Assembly: GCA_035500975.1 (NCBI GenBank)
Contig: DATJWT010000078.1
Coordinates: forward strand, 1 to 42,239
Source: Candidatus Binataceae bacterium
Lineage (GTDB): Bacteria > Desulfobacterota > Binatia > Binatales > Binataceae
Length of the DNA stretch: 42,239 nucleotides
Direction of reading: 5' to 3'
The notes beneath the pieces are model-generated. The model was not told the DNA's origin, did no database searches, and saw only the letters and a program-made list of their open reading frames with translations. The position numbers were made by a program, and so were the translations under genes. Below are positions 16,711-23,919 of this stretch, piece by piece. Each line of letters begins with the position of its first letter. Position 1 is the stretch's first letter.

Positions 16711-19377
16711 ATGGATAGCAACTCACCGGCGCCTACGAGCAAGCGATCAACCATATCCGTGGTAGTCAAGGCATCAGCCGCCTTGATCATCGCACTCGCG
16801 GTTCTGGTAGGCATAGTGGCGGCACTGGGAGTTGGTCCCAGAACTGCTGCTGCGACTCCGCCAGGCAATCCGTCCTATACGATTCGACCTGAGACCGGCG
16901 GCAGCTGCCCCGCCGGTTCGCGAGCAATCAATTTCACCAACAATTGCAGCTTCGACGTATACATCGGCGAGTCCATTGGCCAGCCGCAGGTGGATGGAAC
17001 TCCCAATTGCACGGCGCAGAGTGATTGCACCAACGGTACCGTCAACGCCACGGTCAAGTGTGTCGCTCCCAACAACGGGCACAATATGGGCACCGCGAGC
17101 GGCAAGTGTACGATTACGTGCGCCCAGGATTCGGATTGTGGTCCCGAGCAGATCTGTAACTTGGGAAACAACGGGGGCACAGCCGGAAACTCCAACTATT
17201 TGGTAAACAGTTCGACCGCCGTGGGCGTCTGTTATTTTGCGAATTACGAACCGTCTCCCGTGTCCTCTCCCACCCCGGCTTCCAATTGGCAGCTTTCCGC
17301 GAACGGCGGGCAGGCGCAAATGTGCCTTCCCGAGGCTACGCCGATTCCGGGTGGTTTTCCCGAGGGCCATTCGTGTACGCAGCATTCCGACTGCGGAAGC
17401 TTCAATTGCTATGACACAACCCTCGCGCAGCAGTGCACGCCTGGCGATGCCAACTGTAAGTGCGGTGCACTCTTCACCTGGAGTGGCAATTTTTGGGGAC
17501 GCACGAACTGCTCGCTCGCGAGCGGTCAGTTGACTTGCGACACCGGAAACTGTGGTGGCGCCAACGGAACCGCTCAGAGAGTCGACTGCAACGGCAACTC
17601 CTCGCTGACAGTGCAGGGACCTCAAAACCCGCAGAATCTCGCTGAGTACACTTTGCTGAGTCCGGCCTACGGAACGGGAGTTCAAGACAACTACGACAAC
17701 AGCATGGTTAACGGTTTCAATGTCGGGATGGCGGCTGCGCCCGTAACTGGGACGTTCTCCGGCACGCCTGCAAAGGGCTATTGCAGTTCGCCCGGGCAGG
17801 GGTGCTCGTTCGATCTATTGAGCACGTGTCCCGACGTACTGAAATATGAGAACGGAAGCAGCACCGTCGTCGGCTGCTGGTCGCCCGCGCAGGTTTGCGA
17901 ACAGGGAACTGGATCTCAGCAAACCGCGCTGGGATGCAGCAGCCAGGTTCCGTTTCTCTGCACCGCAGCCAGCGATTGTCCTTACAACGCCGCCGGTACC
18001 TTCCAGACGATGACCTGTAACATATCGGGGGGGCAGGCGTTCGGTCAGTGCCAGTGCAGCACCACCGCTGATTGCCCGTCCGGCTTTACCTGCAGCTCCT
18101 CGGTTTGCACCACGAGCAGCGGGGCGAACTGGGCAGACCTTTACGGGTGCCAGAATTTCTACAATCTGTCGCCGTACAACGTCGACACGACCACCAACAA
18201 AGACGTTGGTATCATATGCGGCTGTCCGACATGGTCATCGCCCCCCAGCGAGTGCATTACTCACAATGTCAATTGGGAACAGGTCCCTTCCGGCAGCACG
18301 AGCCCGGTCGCATCTCCCGCTCCGACCACCTCTGCCAACGACCTCTATCTGATTTTTCACAATGCCTGCGCTACCGCCTATACATACGCGTATGACGACA
18401 ACAGCGGGACGGTCGGCTGTGCGCCGGCTTCGGGAGCGCAGGTTGGTCCTTCGTACAATATTACCTATTGTCCTCAGTCCACCGGCCCGACCGCGACGGC
18501 GACACCTACTTCGACTCCCACGGGAGGCGCTACTCCGACTGCGACGCCTACCGGCGGCGGGACTCCCACAGCGACCCCAACCAGTGCAACTCCCACGGCG
18601 ACCCCGACCAGCGCGACGCCTACGGCTACACCAACCTCGAGCGTCGGTCCCACCGGCACGCCGACCACTGGTCCTACTCCCACGGTGACGGCGACCGCCA
18701 CTCCGCAGCCGAGCGGAGTAGCGACGCCGATTTCGGAAGGAAGCGGTACGTTCGCACCCGGAGCGACGGCTGACCTCGGCAGCTTCGGCTACACCTCCAC
18801 CAGCATGAATCCGCAGGTAATCAATTCGGTCAGCCTCTCGATAAGCAAGCCGAAGATCTTCAGCTCGATAACCGTGACCGCATCGATCGGCGGAACCCAG
18901 GTCGGCACCGCTACTGTCAGCTCACCGGACATCGACAAGACCACGATTTTCACCTTCGAGGAGCCGATCGATGTCGCTGCAGGCGCGTCGGTAACGTTCG
19001 CGATCAGCGGCGTAATCTCCGGCGGCGGTTCCGGGCAACTGGAGCTTCAGCGCCAGGTGAGACTCGCGGGAATTATTCCGGCCGGCGATCGTGGCGGCCC
19101 CGGAGGAACGGGTCGCCTGATGCTGGCGCTCAGCCTGCTGGGCCTGGTCATCGCGCCGCTCACCAGCTCGAAGCGTAGGCGCAATACCGCGATTCTTGCG
19201 GCGGTAATGATGGTGCTCGCGACCGGAATGGTAGGTTGCGGCAGTTCTTCGAGCTCCAGCAGCTCGACCTCCGGCACATCCAAGCAGGATGTGGTTGCGA
19301 TGAGCGTCACTGAACTCGGCAACGAGATCGACGTCGCCGGCATACCCATCTCGCTGGGCCAGGTCACGAAGCAGTAG
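16711..19377 (+). CDS. Large secreted or cell-anchored thaumatin-like protein with Cys-rich insertions, a Pro/Thr linker, a beta-rich domain and a double-TM C-terminus
   Basis: AAGGGGG RBS. The N-terminus has a signal or anchor sequence. Thaumatin-family blocks occur in the correct order:
- INFTNNCSFDVYIGE
- FWGRTNC...CDTGNCGG...C
- LAEYTL...DNYDNSMVNGFNVGM
- CATAYTYAYDDNSGTVGC...YNITYCP. Confidence 0.7.
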   Translation: MDSNSPAPTSKRSTISVVVKASAALIIALAVLVGIVAALGVGPRTAAATPPGNPSYTIRPETGGSCPAGSRAINFTNNCSFDVYIGESIGQPQVDGTPNCTAQSDCTNGTVNATVKCVAPNNGHNMGTASGKCTITCAQDSDCGPEQICNLGNNGGTAGNSNYLVNSSTAVGVCYFANYEPSPVSSPTPASNWQLSANGGQAQMCLPEATPIPGGFPEGHSCTQHSDCGSFNCYDTTLAQQCTPGDANCKCGALFTWSGNFWGRTNCSLASGQLTCDTGNCGGANGTAQRVDCNGNSSLTVQGPQNPQNLAEYTLLSPAYGTGVQDNYDNSMVNGFNVGMAAAPVTGTFSGTPAKGYCSSPGQGCSFDLLSTCPDVLKYENGSSTVVGCWSPAQVCEQGTGSQQTALGCSSQVPFLCTAASDCPYNAAGTFQTMTCNISGGQAFGQCQCSTTADCPSGFTCSSSVCTTSSGANWADLYGCQNFYNLSPYNVDTTTNKDVGIICGCPTWSSPPSECITHNVNWEQVPSGSTSPVASPAPTTSANDLYLIFHNACATAYTYAYDDNSGTVGCAPASGAQVGPSYNITYCPQSTGPTATATPTSTPTGGATPTATPTGGGTPTATPTSATPTATPTSATPTATPTSSVGPTGTPTTGPTPTVTATATPQPSGVATPISEGSGTFAPGATADLGSFGYTSTSMNPQVINSVSLSISKPKIFSSITVTASIGGTQVGTATVSSPDIDKTTIFTFEEPIDVAAGASVTFAISGVISGGGSGQLELQRQVRLAGIIPAGDRGGPGGTGRLMLALSLLGLVIAPLTSSKRRRNTAILAAVMMVLATGMVGCGSSSSSSSSTSGTSKQDVVAMSVTELGNEIDVAGIPISLGQVTKQ
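18481..18711 (+). repeat. In-frame Pro/Thr-rich tandem repeat (about 27-nt / 9-aa period, TPTATPTSA-like) inside the thaumatin-like CDS
   Basis: The translation reads TGPTATATPTSTPTGGATPTATPTGGGTPTATPTSATPTATPTSATPTATPTSS... The repeated ACN-CCN-ACN-GCG-ACN-CCN units are visible at nucleotide level. Confidence 0.75.
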
Positions 19378-19401
19378 CCGACCAGCTCGCAACTCAAGCG
19401 A

Positions 19402-19434
19402 CGCGGCGGCGCGGATCATGTCCGCGCCGCCGCG
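19402..19434. terminator. Perfect GC-rich hairpin between convergent genes; probable bidirectional terminator
   Basis: CGCGGCGGCGCGGA (19402-19415), loop TCATG, then TCCGCGCCGCCGCG (19421-19434). The 14-bp stem is perfect. It lies between the stop at 19377 (+) and the stop at 19473 (-). Confidence 0.6.
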
Positions 19435-19472
19435 CGCGTATCAAAGGGAACGAGGTTCGCGATTCAGGGATA

Positions 19473-20834
19473 TCAGCCGGGCAGAATTCGCAACGGCGAT
19501 TCCTGGGCGGCCCGCGGTATCGATCGCCGGACTGCGTAACTCAACGTCCACATCGTCGTCGCTGCGTACACCGATCCTCCGAACGCCACGAGAAGGGATC
19601 CGATCAGGCTGAGATCGACCGAACCGGCCAAAAATCCAATCGCTAACGCGAGCACGCCTCCATTGAAGGTCGCGAACACCAACAACCGAGGCTTGGCGAC
19701 GGATATTTCCGCGATCGTCGCCGGCGGCGATCCCGTCTCGGTCCGTGCGCGAGCGACGATTCCAGGGAATAGCTGATACGACATGCCGATGATGAAATTG
19801 GAGAAGAAGCCGAGCAGGCCCATCACTGCGTATGCCGGCGCCAGTCGCGCACCGATCACGCTGTCTCCGCCTACGAACGAAAGCGCGACACCCGATGCAA
19901 GCGCGATGGCAAGACTCACGAGTCCTGCCATCGCGTGCATCGGCGTCCAGTTCAGTGGCATGCGCCGCGCACCGACCATCCTCATGATTATCGCCACATA
20001 CCAGGCCATCGTAAGCGCGATCGCGATCGCGAACATTGATGCGATCGCGGAACCGAGCAGTAGCGCGATCGCCAGGCCGCTGACCGCCGCCGCCAGCGCA
20101 TAGAGCTGCCACTTTGCCGATGCGGGAAGATTTACGGCAGGAAGCAGGAACGCCGGCAGCATCCGGTATGAAACCGCGCAGATCGACAGCGTAACCCACC
20201 CCACCGCCGCGAGGTGGACGTGCGCGGCCAGATTCGTGAGCAGGCTTCCACCCAGAAAGTCGTAGCTCTTGTCGAGTCCGAGCAGCGTCCCTAACAGCGC
20301 GGCGGCAATCAAAAAGCATACCGACAGGAACATCCCGGTTTCCGCGACGCCGCGTCCGAATTGATCGGTAAGGCAGGGCAGGATGTTCCACGCAAAGATC
20401 AGGATGCTCAGCACCACGACCATCGCCGCCAACCAGAGTCCCGGCCAGATTCCGATCGCGAAATGCATCACCATCCCGGACGCGCCGGTGAAATAGAGAC
20501 CGAGCTGAATCCACGCGAGTTTCCGGGATCGTAACGGCGATCGGGTCAGCGCCGGCACGTAGCGATACATCACGCCCATGATTGCGGCGGTTATCCATCC
20601 CAGGGTGAAGAGATGGGTAATCGCCAGCGGAACGGCCTGGTAGAAAAACTCCGCCGCTCTTGGCACCACGAAGGGGAGCGTTAACACCCCGCACGCGAAC
20701 GAAAATACGCTGAGCGCGAAGAAGCCGACGGAAATCGCCGCCGACCCGCGCGCCGCGCCGTGCATGTACTCGTGAGCTTGAGCGATAGCGAGATCTGGCC
20801 GGGCCGAGCGGGACAGTTGGGTGGACGACGACAT
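19473..20834 (-). CDS. Uncharacterised 12-TM integral membrane protein with a motif repeated in TM2, TM6 and TM10 (haem-copper-oxidase-like scaffold?)
   Basis: 453 aa, strongly hydrophobic, with about 12 predicted TM segments. This frame was preferred over the Arg-rich 19441-20844 frame. The repeated motif H-L-x3-GW-x7-(G/A)-x2-Y-x2-(V/L/F)-P appears in three places: THLFTLGWITAAIMGVMYRYVP, HLAAVGWVTLSICAVSYRMLP, and the degenerate LLGFFSNFIIGMSYQLFP. Confidence 0.65.
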   Translation of the reverse strand: MSSSTQLSRSARPDLAIAQAHEYMHGAARGSAAISVGFFALSVFSFACGVLTLPFVVPRAAEFFYQAVPLAITHLFTLGWITAAIMGVMYRYVPALTRSPLRSRKLAWIQLGLYFTGASGMVMHFAIGIWPGLWLAAMVVVLSILIFAWNILPCLTDQFGRGVAETGMFLSVCFLIAAALLGTLLGLDKSYDFLGGSLLTNLAAHVHLAAVGWVTLSICAVSYRMLPAFLLPAVNLPASAKWQLYALAAAVSGLAIALLLGSAIASMFAIAIALTMAWYVAIIMRMVGARRMPLNWTPMHAMAGLVSLAIALASGVALSFVGGDSVIGARLAPAYAVMGLLGFFSNFIIGMSYQLFPGIVARARTETGSPPATIAEISVAKPRLLVFATFNGGVLALAIGFLAGSVDLSLIGSLLVAFGGSVYAATTMWTLSYAVRRSIPRAAQESPLRILPG

Positions 20835-20981
20835 TACGAGCCAATCTCGATTGTACCCGTCTTTAGCTCTCTTAATGAACCGGAGTGCCCTTGCTGATAG
20901 AGCTTGTGAAGGAGTACAGCTTTTCCGAGAGGGTTATTTTCCTCCGGCAGTGGTCCCTGCCGTGCGGAAGGGAGCAAAAAA

Positions 20982-22028
20982 ATGCAGCACTCGCGGGCGC
21001 GGATTATCATCGACGGCGCCGTAGCGGGAATCGTGGGCGCGGTAGTGGTCGCGTTGTGGTTCCTGCTCTTCGACCTGGCGCGGGGCCGCGCGTTTGAAAC
21101 GCCCGCGCTGCTGGCCGCCGCGATTCTCCACGGTGTTCGCGATCCGCATCTGCTCCATCATGGTCTGCTGCGGCTCTCGGCCGAGTATTCCGTCATCCAT
21201 TTTGGTGCGTTCGTCGTCGTAGGGGTCATCGGTGCGCTCTTGCTGCAGGCCGCGGAGAACGAGCCGCCGTTCCTGATCTCGGTTTTGATCTTCTTCGGCG
21301 CGTTCGAGGTTTTCTTTATCGCGGTGGTTCTGTTCCTCGGTCCCGCGGTGATGGCTGCGTTGACCTGGTGGGGAATCATCGTCGGCAACCTGCTCGCGAC
21401 CGGGGCGATGGCCGCCTACTTTTTCGTGCAGCATCCGATGCTCGCGCGCAACCTGATGGGCACCGGATGGCTGCGCGTCGCGCGCGAGGGCGTGATGGCC
21501 GGACTAGTCGGCGGCGCGGTGGTGGCTTTCTGGTTTCTTGGCTACGACCTGGTCGCGGGCGAGATGTTCAAGACTCCGGCGATGCTGGGCGCGATGATCT
21601 TCCAGGCCGGGGATATGGAGAGCGCGAAGGTCACCACGGCGCTGGTCCTTGGCTACACGGTATTGCACTTCTTTGCTTTCGTCGGTTTCGGGCTAGCGAT
21701 CGCCGTGCTGCTCGCTGCATCGGAGTGGGAGCCGTTCCTCGCGCTTGGAGTTTTCCTGCTGTTCGCCGTGTTCGAAGTCTTTTTCGTCGGGTTCGTAACC
21801 CTGCTGGATCAGTCCGTGGTGTCAGCCCTCGGATGGTGGAAGATCGTGGCGGGCAACATTCTCGCGCTGCTGGCGATGACGGCGTACTTCCTGCGTGGTC
21901 ATCGTGGATTGCGACTCAAGCTGGTGGAACGCTGGGCGACACTGGACATGGAAGGCGAGGTAAGCCTGTTCCCCAATCCCGAGGGCACTCAAACGCCGAA
22001 CGGACACTCACATCACGATCGTTCGTAG
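20982..22028 (+). CDS. Uncharacterised membrane protein made of two tandem homologous 4-TM halves
   Basis: 348 aa. The two halves align clearly: residues ~10-165 (DGAVAGIVGAVVVALWFLLFDLARGRAFETPALL...FEVFFIAVV...WWGIIVGNLLATGAMAAYF) and ~170-330 (EGVMAGLVGGAVVAFWFLGYDLVAGEMFKTPAML...FEVFFVGFV...WWKIVAGNILALLAMTAYF). GGAAGGGAG RBS. Confidence 0.72.
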   Translation: MQHSRARIIIDGAVAGIVGAVVVALWFLLFDLARGRAFETPALLAAAILHGVRDPHLLHHGLLRLSAEYSVIHFGAFVVVGVIGALLLQAAENEPPFLISVLIFFGAFEVFFIAVVLFLGPAVMAALTWWGIIVGNLLATGAMAAYFFVQHPMLARNLMGTGWLRVAREGVMAGLVGGAVVAFWFLGYDLVAGEMFKTPAMLGAMIFQAGDMESAKVTTALVLGYTVLHFFAFVGFGLAIAVLLAASEWEPFLALGVFLLFAVFEVFFVGFVTLLDQSVVSALGWWKIVAGNILALLAMTAYFLRGHRGLRLKLVERWATLDMEGEVSLFPNPEGTQTPNGHSHHDRS

Positions 22029-22101
22029 CGCGTGTGCTCCGTCATCGATTTTCTTGCCGACGAACGCGAACCGCACACGGGTTTAATCCAGTAACGATTT
22101 G

Positions 22102-22818
22102 ATGGCGGCGCGCGCGGTTCAGATCCTGCGAAGCGGCATAGAGCGTGACGAGGCGCAGATCGCCAGACTGCGCGAGCGGTTCCGCGCGCGGCACGTCGTC
22201 CGCCTGAACAAGCTGCTCGATCCCGCGTTGCTCGAGTTCGTGATGGGGCGGCTGAACCAGGGTCGCTGGAAGACGAGAATCCATCCCGGCGTTGCGAAGG
22301 AACTGGTGCTGTACGATTTCAACGCCCTCTCGGTGCTGGAATTCGTAATGAATCAGCCCGACTTTCGCTCGACGATCGAGGAGATCACCGGAATCGGTCC
22401 GCTGCGGAGATTTGGCGGCAGAATCTACCGGATGGTTCCGGGGACCGCGCATCACGATCTGTGGCACACGGATGTGCCGCATTTTCGGCGCCACGTATGC
22501 TTGACGATGAACCTGAGTTCCGAGGAGTTTCGCGGCGGCGCCTTCATGCTCAGGGACCGAGAATCCAAACGGGTCCTCGCGGACATCATGAACACCGGCC
22601 TCGGCGATGCGCTGATCTTCAGAATCGATCCGGCGCTGGAACATCGGGTCGCTGACATCGAGGGCAAGAAACCCAAGACCGCCTACGCGGGCTGGTTCGT
22701 GTCAGATGAGGGCGAGTATTTCGACGAATTGAACCGGGACGCGGAGCGCTATCGTCGGAAGGTCGGGCGCAAAAACAGGCTCAAGCCTCACAAGCCCAGG
22801 ACGTCGCGCATCGAGTAG
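22102..22818 (+). CDS. 2OG-Fe(II) oxygenase superfamily-like protein
   Basis: There is a putative HxD...H facial triad (LWHTD ... ALEHRV) in a segment predicted to be beta-rich, followed by a basic C-terminal tail. The start is ATG 22102 or TTG 22099. The 3' end overlaps the convergent dapB by 31 bp. Confidence 0.5.
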   Translation: MAARAVQILRSGIERDEAQIARLRERFRARHVVRLNKLLDPALLEFVMGRLNQGRWKTRIHPGVAKELVLYDFNALSVLEFVMNQPDFRSTIEEITGIGPLRRFGGRIYRMVPGTAHHDLWHTDVPHFRRHVCLTMNLSSEEFRGGAFMLRDRESKRVLADIMNTGLGDALIFRIDPALEHRVADIEGKKPKTAYAGWFVSDEGEYFDELNRDAERYRRKVGRKNRLKPHKPRTSRIE

Positions 22819-23585
22819 AGACCGGGCTTCTGCTTCTCCAGCCACGCCGCAGCGCGGAGGGCGCCGCGCGCAAGGGAATCGCGGCTCTGTGCGCGATGAA
22901 TCAGCTCCAGGCGCTCGCCTTGTCCACCGAAGATGACGGTATGGTCTCCCACCGCATCGCCGGCGCGCAGTCCGATCACCGAAACCTGGTCGCTGGGGCG
23001 AACTCCCGTGATTCCTTCGCGGCCGAACACCGCGTGGCCTTTGAAATCGAACTTGCGCGCAGCCGCGATCGCGCGTCCCAGGGCCAACGCGGTGCCGCTG
23101 GGCGCATCGACCTTGGTGCGATGGTGAATCTCAACCACTTCCGCATCGAAGTCCGGCAGAATCGCGGCGACCTGTTCGACTATTTTGGTGAGCACGTTGA
23201 CGCCGATGCTCATGTTGGGCGCGATCACGGTACGCGTGCGCGGCGCGATTTCCCTCGCACGTTTTTCCTGGTCCGCATTCATCCCGGTCGATGCGACGAC
23301 GATTGCGGCGCCGTTTTTGACGGCGACTTCAAGATGCTCCATCGATGCAGCGGCGTTGGTGAAATCGAGCGTCACAGTGTCGGGACGCGCCAGCGATGCG
23401 TAGTCGTCGCTGATCCTGATGCCGAGCGTGCCGACGCCTGCCGTGTCGCCCGCGTCCGAGCCGACCGCGGCGAAGCCCTTCGCTTCCACCGCGCCGACGA
23501 GCTTGTGGGCCGGGTCGTGCGCGATCATACCGATCAGCACGCGTCCCATCCTGCCCGCGGCGCCAGCGACAATCAGGTTTGCCAT
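22788..23585 (-). CDS. dapB: 4-hydroxy-tetrahydrodipicolinate reductase
   Basis: 265 aa with the N-terminal Rossmann motif VAGAAGRMGR and the DapB core motifs EIHHRTKVDAPSGTA and IRAGDAVGDHTVIF. Confidence 0.92.
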   Translation of the reverse strand: MANLIVAGAAGRMGRVLIGMIAHDPAHKLVGAVEAKGFAAVGSDAGDTAGVGTLGIRISDDYASLARPDTVTLDFTNAAASMEHLEVAVKNGAAIVVASTGMNADQEKRAREIAPRTRTVIAPNMSIGVNVLTKIVEQVAAILPDFDAEVVEIHHRTKVDAPSGTALALGRAIAAARKFDFKGHAVFGREGITGVRPSDQVSVIGLRAGDAVGDHTVIFGGQGERLELIHRAQSRDSLARGALRAAAWLEKQKPGLYSMRDVLGL

Positions 23586-23632
23586 TGCGATTTATGCCGG
23601 CGCCCGTAGTGCAGCGCCGTTGGGGTTGATCG

Positions 23633-23896
23633 CTATGCCGCGGGCGCTTCCGCAGCGGGCGCAGCCGGGGCGGCGGCGGGTGCTTCCGCGGCGCCCTTGC
23701 CGGTCTTGGTCTTGTAGTGTTCTTCGCAGAGGCTCAGGCGAAAGCGCTTTTTGCGGCAGTTCTCGAAAGTGCACGTCTTGTAACGTGCCTTCGGCATCTC
23801 GCCCGCTTTCCACAGCCGATGGTGTTTGCGGCAATAGCCTTTTGCGATTACCTCGCGTTCGCAATCCTTAGCCTTGCAGGTTCCCTTACTTGCCAT
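23633..23896 (-). CDS. Small protein with two tandem C-x4-C-x9-C-x2-H zinc-ribbon-like motifs and an Ala/Pro-rich tail
   Basis: 87 aa. The two motifs are CKAKDCEREVIAKGYCRKHH and CTFENCRKKRFRLSLCEEHY. The C-terminus is AAEAPAAAPAAPAAEAPAA. Confidence 0.6.
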   Translation of the reverse strand: MASKGTCKAKDCEREVIAKGYCRKHHRLWKAGEMPKARYKTCTFENCRKKRFRLSLCEEHYKTKTGKGAAEAPAAAPAAPAAEAPAA

Positions 23897-23919
23897 GAAA
23901 TCCTTTTCCGGAGGCCGGT

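Noticed and set aside
19441-20844. 467-aa minus-strand ORF in an alternative frame to 19473-20834
   Set aside because: It lies on the same strand and region but is Arg-rich and non-hydrophobic. The other frame gives 12 regular TM segments with repeated motifs, so that frame is taken as the real one.
20951-20965. TGGTCC-N5-GTGC sigma-54-like sequence upstream of the 2x4-TM gene
   Set aside because: The spacing is correct, but both elements are weak. The implied TSS would fall inside the RBS, only about 5 nt from the ATG.
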